Part shown: piece by piece, positions 30,151 through 39,325 of the stretch
How the letters are laid out: each line of letters opens with the position of its first letter
How positions within the stretch are numbered: the first letter of the stretch is position 1
Position numbers and translations under genes: made by a program
Assembly: GCA_963815265.1 (NCBI GenBank)
Contig: CAWFGI010000022.1
Location: forward strand, 713,870-777,869
Direction of reading: 5' to 3'
Length of the DNA: 64,000 nt
From: an uncultured Acidobacteriota bacterium
GTDB taxonomy: Bacteria > Acidobacteriota > Terriglobia > Acidiferrales > UBA7541
Notes under the pieces: generated by a model
Database searches by the model: none
The model's input: only the letters and a program-made list of their open reading frames with translations
Told to the model about the DNA's origin: nothing

Positions 30151-30489
30151 ATGACGAAAAGAGTAAGTATCGCAATTTGCTGTGCGGCTCTATGTTCGCT
30201 CTTTGTACTCGGCGGATGGTCAGGAACCGCGATAGCGCACAATGCCTTCGCAACCGCCGCCGCGCAGTCCAAAGCCGTCGCACCGGCGTCCAGTGACCTC
30301 GTCGACATCAATTCGGCCACGAAAGAGCAGCTCGATGCCCTGCCGGGTATTGGCGCTGCTTATTCGCAGAAGATCATCGACGGCCGGCCCTATCACGCAA
30401 AAACGGATCTCGTGAAAAAGAAGATCATTCCCCAAGCGACCTACAACAAAATCGCGAGCAAGATTATCGCGAAACAACCAGCGAAGTAG
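30151..30489 (+). CDS. ComEA-like helix-hairpin-helix DNA-binding protein (secreted)
   Basis: Signal peptide plus [31 protein letters not shown], a canonical ComEA HhH motif. Confidence 0.8.
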   Translation: MTKRVSIAICCAALCSLFVLGGWSGTAIAHNAFATAAAQSKAVAPASSDLVDINSATKEQLDALPGIGAAYSQKIIDGRPYHAKTDLVKKKIIPQATYNKIASKIIAKQPAK

Positions 30490-30709
30490 GCTGCGACAAA
30501 AAATGGTAGGGCCACGAGGGGGACCAATCGGGCCTCCTCGCGATCCACCTATCAGTACCGGGTGCCGTTGTAACCTCCGCGTAATGTGCGGCTTTCGCTG
30601 CCTCTTCTCGCGAAAAATCAACTGAAAGTACTATTGCGCCCCGCCTCCGGCCCAGCTAACTTACTTGGCTGGCAACTCAACCAGTCCGGACAAATCTCGG
30701 GGGTAAACG

Positions 30710-31060
30710 ATGGAAGACAAGCGACGCTGCAAGCGCCTCCCATTCTCGATTCCGGTTCACGTGTACGGCCGCACCGAGCGCGGCCTGCCATTCCGCTACG
30801 TCACGGTGGCTAAATCCGTGAATATGAATGGTGCGCTCCTGCCCTTGGCACCCAGGGTCAAACGAGGCCAGACAATTCTCCTCGTGAATAGCTTTACCCA
30901 GGAAGAACGGGAATGCCGCGTTGTCTACGTGGACGCCACACACCGCAACAAGAAAAAGAAAGTAGCCGTAGAATTCACCAAGGAACAAGGCGACTTTTGG
31001 CACGTTTTTTCACCGACGCCCAAGCTGGCTCCCACATCGTCGCAGCGAAACATAGCCTAG
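30710..31060 (+). CDS. PilZ-domain protein (putative c-di-GMP receptor)
   Basis: N-terminal RRCKRLP (RxxxR-like) and a later SVNMNGALL (D/NxSxxG-like) motif, 116 aa. Confidence 0.6.
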   Translation: MEDKRRCKRLPFSIPVHVYGRTERGLPFRYVTVAKSVNMNGALLPLAPRVKRGQTILLVNSFTQEERECRVVYVDATHRNKKKKVAVEFTKEQGDFWHVFSPTPKLAPTSSQRNIA

Positions 31061-31066
31061 CCATCT

Positions 31067-31112
31067 AGCGCCGGCAAACACCGAACTGCGTGTTTTCCGG
31101 CGCTTTTCATTT
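31067..31112 (+). terminator. Rho-independent terminator candidate after the PilZ gene
   Basis: AGCGCCGG ... CCGGCGCT 8-bp stem (with inner AAACAC/GTGTTT pairing) followed by TTTTCATTT. Confidence 0.6.
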
Positions 31113-31308
31113 CGGCCTGTTTGCAGCGGCTCTCCTCCCGTTTTCTTCGCTTCCCTGCTCTTAAGCCGCCTTCATTCCCTCCGTTGAACGAAGTAACCCA
31201 CTGGTGTTAGCATCCGTCAACCAAGGTCAGTGAGCCGCACGCCCGCCGAGTCAAAGACGGGCGCTCGCGGTCTGGCACGCTTGCGATTCACGCCTCTCGG
31301 AGGGAAAA

Positions 31309-32262
31309 ATGAAGGCAGTGCGCATGCATTCGTTGGGTGGTCCCCGGCAGCTGGTTTACGAAGAGGTTGAAAAGCCGTTGCTCGATCCGGGAGATGCCCT
31401 CGTACGCGTGATCGCCACTTCTATCACTAAGGACGAGCTCTCCTGGCCCCCCACCTACAAGACCAAAGACGGACAGCCGCGCCTCCCCACGATTCCGGGC
31501 CATGAATTCGCGGGCATCATTGATGCAGTTGCGGCAGACGTCTCCGACGTCAAAGCCGGAGAGGAGGTCTATGGCCTCGCTTCCTTCTGGCGCAACGGCA
31601 GCGCCGCCGAATATGTCGCTGTCGCGGCGACCGATGTAGCCCCCAAACCAAAAACTCTGAACTTCGAGCAGGCCGCCACCGTTCCGCTCGCTGGATTGAC
31701 CGCCTGGCAGGCCCTGTTCGATCACGGCAAACTTCAAGCCAAGCAGCGTGTCCTCATTCATGGCGCCGCCGGTGGCGTTGGCACATTTCTGGTTCAGCTC
31801 GCCCATTGGACAGGCGCGTATATCATCGCCACGGCGTCATCAGCCCACACCGAATTCCTGCGCGGGCTCGGCGCCGATGAAGTGATCAACTACGAAGAGC
31901 AAAAATTCGAGGAAGTTGTAAAAGATGTGGATTTGGTTATCGACACGGTGGGTGGCGACGTCTTCGAGCGCTCGCGCCTGGTGCTGAAGCCCACCGGAAT
32001 GCTCATCTCCGTCGTCGAGATGGTTGTTCCCGAGCAGGCCGCTGACCGCCCGCGCGAACTCTTCTTCATCGTCGAACCGAATCGCGCCGAACTCATCGAG
32101 CTGGGACGCCTGATTGACGCGGGAAAATTAAAAACCGCTATCGCCGAAGTGTTCCCTCTGGAACAAGCAGTGAAGGCTTTCGAAAAGGGGCTGGCAGGGC
32201 ATGTTCGCGGCAAAATCGTGCTCCGCGTAGCGGACCAGGCGCAATCAAGCGCCCACGCCTGA
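31309..32262 (+). CDS. Zinc-type/MDR-family NADPH:quinone oxidoreductase-like dehydrogenase
   Basis: MKAVRMH...GDALVRV..., HGAAGGVGTFLVQLA Rossmann motif, GKIVL C-terminus. Confidence 0.88.
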   Translation: MKAVRMHSLGGPRQLVYEEVEKPLLDPGDALVRVIATSITKDELSWPPTYKTKDGQPRLPTIPGHEFAGIIDAVAADVSDVKAGEEVYGLASFWRNGSAAEYVAVAATDVAPKPKTLNFEQAATVPLAGLTAWQALFDHGKLQAKQRVLIHGAAGGVGTFLVQLAHWTGAYIIATASSAHTEFLRGLGADEVINYEEQKFEEVVKDVDLVIDTVGGDVFERSRLVLKPTGMLISVVEMVVPEQAADRPRELFFIVEPNRAELIELGRLIDAGKLKTAIAEVFPLEQAVKAFEKGLAGHVRGKIVLRVADQAQSSAHA

Positions 32263-32273
32263 TCCGAGTAGGA

Positions 32274-32681
32274 CTATTTCGCTTTCGCCGCCGGCCAGGG
32301 CTCTAGCCAGTAATCGAGCGATAACCACAGTGCGTACGCCGGACGCACGAACAGAACCGCCAACAACAACGTAAAGCTGATCCACAACACGTATTTTATA
32401 GTTTCGGAAAGCCACGCCAATTCAGGCACAAGCGGCGTAAGCAAGTACACAGGAATCAGCACCGCGATCGTCAACCCGTAAGTCAGAATCATTCCCCCCA
32501 CAAAATAGCCGGACTCCCGAAAATAGCCAAGCCCGCAATCCGGACATCGGATCAACACCTGATTGAATCGTCCTTTGAAAATCGGCCCGTGATGGCAATT
32601 CGGGCAGCGATAGCGCAACGCATAGACGAGCACCTCCAGAAACGATCGCTTGGATGCCGTCCGCTGAAAATTCTTCGCCAT
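32274..32681 (-). CDS. DUF983-family membrane protein
   Basis: RCPNCHHGPIFKG...CPDCGL zinc-ribbon-like motif followed by TM helices. Confidence 0.75.
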   Translation of the reverse strand: MAKNFQRTASKRSFLEVLVYALRYRCPNCHHGPIFKGRFNQVLIRCPDCGLGYFRESGYFVGGMILTYGLTIAVLIPVYLLTPLVPELAWLSETIKYVLWISFTLLLAVLFVRPAYALWLSLDYWLEPWPAAKAK

Positions 32682-32764
32682 ATCGCCATCCAGAATAATC
32701 TATAACCCCATGCGATGGAAATGAGCGCGGAGATTTCTGGAAAGGATTTCTGAGTCGGAAGCGG

Positions 32765-33652
32765 CTAGGCGGTGACGGCTGCAGGCAGCGGATTCCGTCG
32801 ATTTTCCTTGTCTTCGTAGAGCGCTCGATCAGCTTCGGCAATCAATTCTTCCGGTTCCTGACCGCGACGGTATTCAGCCCAGCCTACGGCAAAACGAATT
32901 GGCACTTTCTCGCCGTTCAAATCCACGGAAATCGGCCCTAGACGCCGCAGCATCGCCGGCACCTGCGCAGCGTTGCACTCCGGCAACAGCAGCATGAATT
33001 CGTCGCCTCCCAGGCGCGCCGCCGTGTCCGCCTCGCGAATTACCGTGCACAAATGTTGGGCAAACGCCTTCAGCACCAAATCTCCCGCCGGATGCCCCAA
33101 GCGATCGTTGATTGCCTTGAATTTATTCAGGTCGAACACCACCACTGTCAAATCGTAATGCTTCCGCAACGCCCGGCCAATTTCCGCCTTCAACGTGCGC
33201 TCCATGAATCGCCGGTTATAAAGCCCCGTCAGCGGATCCACCAGCGCCAAGTTACGCCACTGCGCCGAATGCAATTGCCTCTCAGCGATTTCGAGTCGCA
33301 ACCGATTAATCAGGAATTTTTCATACGTCAGGTAAGCGCCAAAAACGACGATCAGAAACACGAGTCCCGCCACCGACTGAAACACGCTGGACGTCCACGG
33401 CGATTTTCCGCCCTCCATGATTGTCGGAAACGCGAGCGAGGCTACCCCGGTCGTGAGCAGCAACATCACGGTCACAGACACACCCCAAGTCCACCACTCG
33501 CGCCTTTGCAGTTCGCGCAAACGCGCAGAATAGCCCTGCTGAGGAGGACCTTCCGGTCCTTCGTCGTAATTGGCTCGGTTATTCATGCCCGGCGGCTCGA
33601 AAGGTGTTTCGCCGCCATAAAGAACCATATCTCCATCCGAATCGCCGGTCAA
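32765..33652 (-). CDS. Membrane-anchored diguanylate cyclase (GGDEF domain)
   Basis: DPLTGLYNRRF, FDLNKFKAINDRLGHPAGD, RLGGDEFMLLL, and two N-terminal TM helices. Confidence 0.9.
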   Translation of the reverse strand: MTGDSDGDMVLYGGETPFEPPGMNNRANYDEGPEGPPQQGYSARLRELQRREWWTWGVSVTVMLLLTTGVASLAFPTIMEGGKSPWTSSVFQSVAGLVFLIVVFGAYLTYEKFLINRLRLEIAERQLHSAQWRNLALVDPLTGLYNRRFMERTLKAEIGRALRKHYDLTVVVFDLNKFKAINDRLGHPAGDLVLKAFAQHLCTVIREADTAARLGGDEFMLLLPECNAAQVPAMLRRLGPISVDLNGEKVPIRFAVGWAEYRRGQEPEELIAEADRALYEDKENRRNPLPAAVTA

Positions 33653-33860
33653 TTTAAGCGCAGACCTTATGTTCCTAATTGCTACGATTCAAGTATGTGA
33701 ATTCGGAACAGGAATATCGGTCACCGTCCGAAAACAGCCCAACCTGCCGGCTGGCCCCCAAGGTGCACAAAACAAGCAGTTTATTTAGTTTGGAGAGATA
33801 GTACGTCCGGTCTATTGTCCCAAGCGTGCTGCTGCCCGAAACTGTTCCTCGAGCGACACC

Positions 33861-34268
33861 ATGATCGCACTACTCATTCTCGCCGTCTCGGTGACAGCCC
33901 TGGTACAGTTCGCGGTTTGCCAGTGGCGGTCGATGTGGATCTCCGTCGCCGCTCAGCCCTTGTCCGAATGCCTACAGGCCGCTGTCGGACTCGCTCCCGG
34001 CCAAATTCAATCCAGCCATTTCGAGCTGCTGGCTCGCACGTCGGAGCAGATGTGTCCCGCCACTCAGAAACAGAACGTCTGGCTCCGCGAGGTGCGCCTC
34101 TATTTCCATATTGTCGAAGCGCTGGATCGCCTCTGCGAAAAACATCTTCCAGCCCTCTCCGAATGGGCTGACACTGAATTGACCGCCTGCGCCCGTTACG
34201 CCGCGGCCATCCTCGACGAGCGCCTCAACGCCAATCTGGCCTTCGCCTCAGAAACTCGCGCTTTCTAA
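33861..34268 (+). CDS. Hypothetical protein with N-terminal TM helix
   Basis: 135-aa ORF with an ATG start. No recognisable family. Confidence 0.35.
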   Translation: MIALLILAVSVTALVQFAVCQWRSMWISVAAQPLSECLQAAVGLAPGQIQSSHFELLARTSEQMCPATQKQNVWLREVRLYFHIVEALDRLCEKHLPALSEWADTELTACARYAAAILDERLNANLAFASETRAF

Positions 34269-34283
34269 AAACGCAATCGCCAC

Positions 34284-35234
34284 TCAGGTTTCCAGCGTGC
34301 CCACGTTCGCCCCTGACGCCTTGCCCCGCTCGGCCAAATAAACCCCAAGCAAAATCAGAACGCCGCCGAGCAACAAATACCGCGTGGGCACCTCGCGAAG
34401 GAAAATCGCCGCCACAAGAATCACCCCCACCGGCTGAAAGTAATTCACCGCCGCCACCCGCGACGCCTCCATATAACGCAACGCCCAATAGAAAACCGTG
34501 TACGCAGCCACCGAGCTGATCGCCGCCATATACAGCAACCCCATCCAGCCTTCCCACGGCACGCTTCTCCAATCAAAATGTGCCGCGCGAAAAATGGTCA
34601 ATGGCAACAGCACGATCCCGCTCGCAAAACAATTCACCGCATTCATCTCAATGCTTTCGTACTTGCTCGCCACTCTCTTGCTCAGCACCGCATAAAATGT
34701 GAAGCACGTGGTTCCCAGCAGCGTCAACAGGTCGCCAGACAGCGTGGGCGACCGCCGCAAATCGAAACCATTTTCAGCCGCCAAAATAGCAGCACCCGTA
34801 AACGCAAGGGCCATTCCTACAATTTTCCCCGTCGTCAGCGCCTCAATCCTCATCGCTCGTGCCAGCAGCAGCACAAGGATCGGCCCAATCGCCAGAATCA
34901 TCGCGGAATGGCCCGACGTCGTGTAAGCCAGCCCTACCGTAAAGAAAACCTGGTTCGCGCACAAAAACCATCCAAGATATGACAGCGTCCAAACATCATG
35001 CCGCGTCAATTTGCTGCGATTCCCACGGAAGAAATAAATCGGAAGGAAAATTACAGCGGCAATTTCAATCCGGAACACGGCAAGCGTCAGCCCGTCGAAG
35101 TATCGCAGCGCCGTCTTGCCCGCCACGTAATTGAACGACCACATCCCCAGCATCGCCGCCAGCGATATAGCCAGCAGAAGTGAGCTTGGACGATGCGGCG
35201 AAGCGTTCGTAATCTCTGTCGCGCGCAAACTCAA
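34284..35234 (-). CDS. EamA/DMT-family transporter
   Basis: About 10 TM helices with duplicated EamA-like halves. Confidence 0.85.
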   Translation of the reverse strand: MSLRATEITNASPHRPSSLLLAISLAAMLGMWSFNYVAGKTALRYFDGLTLAVFRIEIAAVIFLPIYFFRGNRSKLTRHDVWTLSYLGWFLCANQVFFTVGLAYTTSGHSAMILAIGPILVLLLARAMRIEALTTGKIVGMALAFTGAAILAAENGFDLRRSPTLSGDLLTLLGTTCFTFYAVLSKRVASKYESIEMNAVNCFASGIVLLPLTIFRAAHFDWRSVPWEGWMGLLYMAAISSVAAYTVFYWALRYMEASRVAAVNYFQPVGVILVAAIFLREVPTRYLLLGGVLILLGVYLAERGKASGANVGTLET

Positions 35235-35251
35235 AATCCGCTCGAGGACAT

Positions 35252-36355
35252 CTACTCGATCACCTCGCGCCGCCTCGTCAGCGATTCAATCCGATCGATT
35301 CTCGGCGCGTAGCCAATCCCCGGCGCCGTCGGCACGCGAATAGTCCCCTGCCGCGTCACTTCCACTTCAGGCTCGATAATGTCCTCCGCCCAATAGCGCT
35401 TGCTCGCCGAAACATCCCCCGGCAGCGTAAAATTCGGCAGCGTCGACATCGCGATGTTATGCGCGCGCCCGATGCCCGATTCCAGCATCCCACCGCACCA
35501 TACCGGAATCCCTTTCGCTTTGCACAGGTCGTGAATCCGCCGCGCCGCCGTATGTCCGCCAACACGCCCCAGCTTGATATTGATAATGCGACACGCGCCA
35601 ATTTCAATCGCCGCCCGCGCGTGCTCGTAATCATGAATACATTCGTCGAGGCAGATCGGTGTCTCGAGTTGCCGCTGCAATTCCGCGTGCGAATAAATGT
35701 CGTCCCACCCCAGCGGCTGCTCGATCATCATCAGATAGAACGCGTCGAGCTCCTTCAAGTGCGCCGCATCCGTCAGCGTGTACGCCGAATTCGCGTCAAC
35801 CATCAAGCGAATGCGCGGAAATCGCTCGCGCAGCGCCCGCGTCGGCTCAACATCCTTCCCCGGCTTGATTTTGATTTTGATCCGCTGATACCCGGCAGCC
35901 AGTTCCTTCTCCACTTTTTCCAGCAGCGCATCCATCGAAGGCTGAATCCCAATCGACACTCCGCAACTAATTTCATCCAGCGTCCCGCCCAGCAGCTTCG
36001 CCAGCGGCATATTTTTCTGTTTCGCCTCCGCATCCCAAATCGCCGCTTCGAGGCCCCCCTTCGCCATGTTGTGCCCGCGAACCAGCGCCAGCATCTCCCA
36101 CACATCCGCCGCCGCGAATTCCCTGCCGCGCAACAAGGGCCACAAATAATCTCGAATGATCAGCCACGCAGTCTCTACCGTCTCGTACGAGTAATACGGA
36201 TCCTCACCAGCCGTCGCTTCGCCCCAGCCGATCACGCCATCCACATCCGTCTCGATCAGCAGAATCCGGCGCAGTTCGCTCACGCCAAAACTCGTCTCAA
36301 AGGGCGCGATCAACGGCAGATGAATTTCGCGAAGCGTGATTTTTCGGAGTCGCAT
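35252..36355 (-). CDS. Enolase-superfamily o-succinylbenzoate synthase / N-acylamino-acid racemase family enzyme
   Basis: MRLRKITLREIHLPLIAPFETSFGV, KIKIKPG, LMVDANSAYT, MIEQPL, CLDE metal/acid-base motifs. Confidence 0.85.
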   Translation of the reverse strand: MRLRKITLREIHLPLIAPFETSFGVSELRRILLIETDVDGVIGWGEATAGEDPYYSYETVETAWLIIRDYLWPLLRGREFAAADVWEMLALVRGHNMAKGGLEAAIWDAEAKQKNMPLAKLLGGTLDEISCGVSIGIQPSMDALLEKVEKELAAGYQRIKIKIKPGKDVEPTRALRERFPRIRLMVDANSAYTLTDAAHLKELDAFYLMMIEQPLGWDDIYSHAELQRQLETPICLDECIHDYEHARAAIEIGACRIINIKLGRVGGHTAARRIHDLCKAKGIPVWCGGMLESGIGRAHNIAMSTLPNFTLPGDVSASKRYWAEDIIEPEVEVTRQGTIRVPTAPGIGYAPRIDRIESLTRRREVIE

Positions 36356-36512
36356 ACTTGAGACTACCTGTCATCCCGAGCGGTGACGCGCGTGCCTTTG
36401 GTTCCATCGCGAAGCGCGAATTGTGCGTCCCGGCCGTATCCGCGGGGCGATGGCGCGCGTCGTAGTCGAGGGCTCTGCATTGTTCTCATTTCAAATGGCC
36501 TGTTGCCTTTCC

Positions 36513-37310
36513 TTACCCTGGCGACAATTCTGGCAGATGTACCCCCGCCACCGAATCGCGCGGCTCAAGCAAATAGTCCGTCGTATCTCCGTGATTCTCC
36601 ACTCCGGTCGCCACAAACTCCTTGCCGAACAATTTCAAAAAATGCTGCCGCGTCAAAGCCTGCACGCGTTCGCCCGACGCTCGATCTCTCTTCTTCAGCT
36701 CCGAAATGTTGGCAGCAATAGAAATCCTCTGCACCGCCGGATTCGCCGGCGGCAAATTTCCAGCCAGAATTTCCTTCACGCGCACCGAATCGAGCCACCA
36801 TTCCGCCACCAGCCTATCGGTCGGCAACCCAGCGTGCAACGGACTCTCTGTCACCCCGTAGCAATCCGGGATGTAACGCCGCGCCACCGCCCCCAGCCGC
36901 ACCAGATTGAAATGCGCGTTCTTCAGCTCCAGCGGATCAAACGTCCACTCCACCAACGGAATCCCGCGCTTCAACGCGTCCTGCCTCTGAAATAATTTCA
37001 GCCGCCGCCCCACGCCTCGGTTCTGATACTCCGGCAGGACCGCTGTCATATGCGAATGCAAAAATCGCAGCGTCCCACGAAATCCAGCCAGCGCCAGCGT
37101 CATCCCGACGAGTTTCTCGCCGTCAAAAGCCCCGATCACCTGCCCGCCCGTATGATCCGCCACCACGAAAATCGGCGCCGGCACAGTAATCTCCTCGCCC
37201 CATATCACCCGCTCGAGCCGCACGCCCTCCTCGTACTCGTCAAGCGAATGGCACTGCCGAATTTCAATCCCATCCTTCACAATAGCAGCCATCTTATCAA
37301 CGCCTTTCAC
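36513..37310 (-). CDS. GNAT-like acyltransferase
   Basis: LPEYQNRGVGRRLKLFQR (Q/RxxGxG/A-type acyl-CoA motif), 265 aa, upstream of the racemase-like gene. Confidence 0.55.
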   Translation of the reverse strand: MKGVDKMAAIVKDGIEIRQCHSLDEYEEGVRLERVIWGEEITVPAPIFVVADHTGGQVIGAFDGEKLVGMTLALAGFRGTLRFLHSHMTAVLPEYQNRGVGRRLKLFQRQDALKRGIPLVEWTFDPLELKNAHFNLVRLGAVARRYIPDCYGVTESPLHAGLPTDRLVAEWWLDSVRVKEILAGNLPPANPAVQRISIAANISELKKRDRASGERVQALTRQHFLKLFGKEFVATGVENHGDTTDYLLEPRDSVAGVHLPELSPG

Positions 37311-37423
37311 TGTCCTCGGAGATTCGGCCTGTCCTGTGCTTGGAAACGGCTCAGACTATAGCACCCAGAAACGAAATTGGACGACGACGCGCTGCTTTCA
37401 AGATTGAACCTAGGTAATAGCGC

Positions 37424-37694
37424 TTAATACGTGGTTGAGGTGCGGCGTTCAATAGCCGAGACGACGATGCGTTTTCCGTTTGGAATCCGGAAAAAGAATA
37501 TGCGCCACGCACCGGTCCGCCGGCGAAATGTCTTTTGTTGTCCCTTGAGGAGCTTTAGGTCTCCTTGAAAGGGATTTGTCGCCATCTCCCTGAGAATGCC
37601 TTCGATTCGTTCTCGGTCAGGCGAGGGGACGCGCTCGAGAGACTTTCTTTGCGGGTCCGGCGAGGACGATTTCCCATGGAGCGGAAGTAGTCAT
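37424..37694 (-). pseudogene. RelE/ParE-family toxin interrupted by a 1-nt frameshift
   Basis: ATG at 37694 gives MTTSAPWEIVLAGPAKK. After skipping 1 nt near 37641..37650 (AAAGAAAG) it continues SLERVPSPDRERIEGILREMATNPFQGDLKLLKGQQKTFRRRTGAWRIFFFRIPNGKRIVVSAIERRTSTTY*. The span is 271 nt (3n+1). Confidence 0.7.
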
Positions 37695-37908
37695 CGAGCG
37701 TGATGTAATCGCCCTTTCGATATGCAGCCTCACCGCGCCGGATTGCGCGCAGTTCGGTTACGGTCGCGGATTCGGTAGGAATATTAAAATACAGCCGGAG
37801 CGCCGCAATGGCCACATCGGCGGGATTTCGTTTCTCCCGCTTTGCGGCACGGTCCACACGTCGCCCCACTGCGGGCGGCAACTCAATTGTGTACTGTCGT
37901 CGGCTCAT
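37555..37908 (-). CDS. Ribbon-helix-helix-type antitoxin (C-terminal end uncertain because of the downstream frameshift)
   Basis: MSRRQYTIELPPAVGRRVDRAAKREKRNPADVAIAALRLYF (RHH-like). The ORF overlaps the toxin reading frames. Confidence 0.55.
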   Translation of the reverse strand: MSRRQYTIELPPAVGRRVDRAAKREKRNPADVAIAALRLYFNIPTESATVTELRAIRRGEAAYRKGDYITLDDYFRSMGNRPRRTRKESLSSASPRLTENESKAFSGRWRQIPFKET

Positions 37909-37944
37909 GTCTTCTACAGCCTAACACCCAAGAGTGAGATTCGG

Positions 37945-38215
37945 TAGCACAGGCATTCCTGCCTGTGCCACAAGCCACAGCACACCTCAAATCCTCAATT
38001 CTTGGCGCTCCACGCGACTGCGTTCTTTTCTCGGAACGCCTTATGGGCCGTTTAAGTAGCACAGGCCATTCCTGCCTGTGCCCCAAGCCACAACACAGCA
38101 CACACCCTTACTGCTTGGCGCTCGGCGCGACTAAGTTCTTTTCTCGGAATGCTATCTCGCCCCTTCAGGGGCGACCTAACACCAACCAAAAAACGGGGGC
38201 TTTAGCCCCTGAAGT
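37945..38215. repeat. Two tandem ~110-bp REP/BIME-like units plus a second hairpin type
   Basis: GTAGCACAGGC(A/C)ATTCCTGCCTGTGCC at 37945 and 38056, each followed by ...CTTGGCGCTC..CGCGACT..GTTCTTTTCTCGGAA. A 9-bp inverted repeat CTTCAGGGG/CCCCTGAAG lies at 38163..38171 / 38206..38214. Confidence 0.85.
38188..38210 (-). terminator. Intrinsic terminator candidate for mazG
   Basis: On the minus strand: AGGGGC-TAAA-GCCCC followed by GTTTTTT, beginning 8 nt after the mazG stop codon. Confidence 0.6.
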
Positions 38216-38217
38216 GC

Positions 38218-39195
38218 CTAGCCAGGCGGTGTTTTCTTCCACTTCGCCTCCTCCCACAATTCTTCCATGCGCGCCCGCGGCAAATCCGCCAGCCGCTTGC
38301 CATCGTTCCGCGCCGCGCCCTCCATCCACCCGATTCGATCCTTGAATTTGCGATTCGCCTTCTTCAATGCAATTTCAGGATTCACATCCAGAAACCGCGC
38401 CACATTCACCGCAGCGAAGAGTAAATCCCCAGCCTCTTCTTCGATCCGCGCACGCCCACCATCCTTCCGCTCGCCAATCGCCGAAAGAATCTCCCGCTTC
38501 TCTTCCTCAATCTTGTCGAAGATCCCGTCCACATTGTCCCAATCAAACCCAATTTTCGCCGCACGCAGCGTCAACTCATACGCTTCCAGCGCCGCAGGAA
38601 GCGACCGCGACACTACCGCCAATACCGACTCATCCTTTCCGCGCTCCGGCTTCCCCTCCGCCGCCCGCTCCTCCGCCTTAAGCTGCTCCCAATTCTTAAG
38701 CACTTCCGCCGAAGTCGCTGCCTTCACGTCCCCAAAAACGTGCGGATGCCGCCGCACCATCTTCGAATAAATGGACTCAACCACATCAGCTATCGTGAAG
38801 CGACCAGCCTCCTCCGCCAGCACGGAATGAAACACTACTCGCAACAACAAATCTCCCAGCTCCGACGCAAATTCCCGCGCGTCCCCCGCCTCCATCGCGT
38901 CGAGCACTTCATACGTCTCCTCGACCAAATACTTCCGCAACGATTCATGCGTCTGCTCGCGATCCCAAGGGCATCCACCCGGCGCGCGCAACTGAGTTTG
39001 TAGCGCGACAAGCTTCTCAAACCACTCGCCCGCTGATTCCCTTGCACGCGGGCCAATTACTCTGCCGCCTCTGCGGACGCGCGCGCTCGCTTCAGCCCGG
39101 CCGCGCGATTCCGCGCGGCTCTTCCCCTTCGATTTGCGTCGAGTTTTTCGATGTGCAGACACAGCGATGTTCACAGCTCCTGCGCGACCCGACAA
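38218..39195 (-). CDS. mazG: Nucleoside triphosphate pyrophosphohydrolase MazG (two MazG domains) with an Arg/Lys-rich N-terminal extension
   Basis: GGCPWDREQTHESLRKYLVEETYEVLDAME and a second EEAGDLLFAAVNVARF motif. The first ~50 aa are unusually basic and the start is uncertain. Confidence 0.9.
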   Translation of the reverse strand: MSGRAGAVNIAVSAHRKTRRKSKGKSRAESRGRAEASARVRRGGRVIGPRARESAGEWFEKLVALQTQLRAPGGCPWDREQTHESLRKYLVEETYEVLDAMEAGDAREFASELGDLLLRVVFHSVLAEEAGRFTIADVVESIYSKMVRRHPHVFGDVKAATSAEVLKNWEQLKAEERAAEGKPERGKDESVLAVVSRSLPAALEAYELTLRAAKIGFDWDNVDGIFDKIEEEKREILSAIGERKDGGRARIEEEAGDLLFAAVNVARFLDVNPEIALKKANRKFKDRIGWMEGAARNDGKRLADLPRARMEELWEEAKWKKTPPG

Positions 39196-39325
39196 TCTAC
39201 AGTCCCCCGGCCCCGCCCCACAAGAGCCAATCCAACCGTCCGACTCTGGCTGGAATTGACCTGAGGCCTTTTGCTCCTATGTCGCGTCGCTCCGCACGCG
39301 CTCGCCGCCGGCGGTTTGCTTTTCA

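Noticed and set aside
37945-38160. Possible CRISPR array (also considered for the 15-bp repeats at 24679..24738).
   Set aside because: There are only two ~110-bp units with no repeat-spacer alternation. The 15-bp repeats are contiguous, in-frame and inside a CDS. No cas genes are present.
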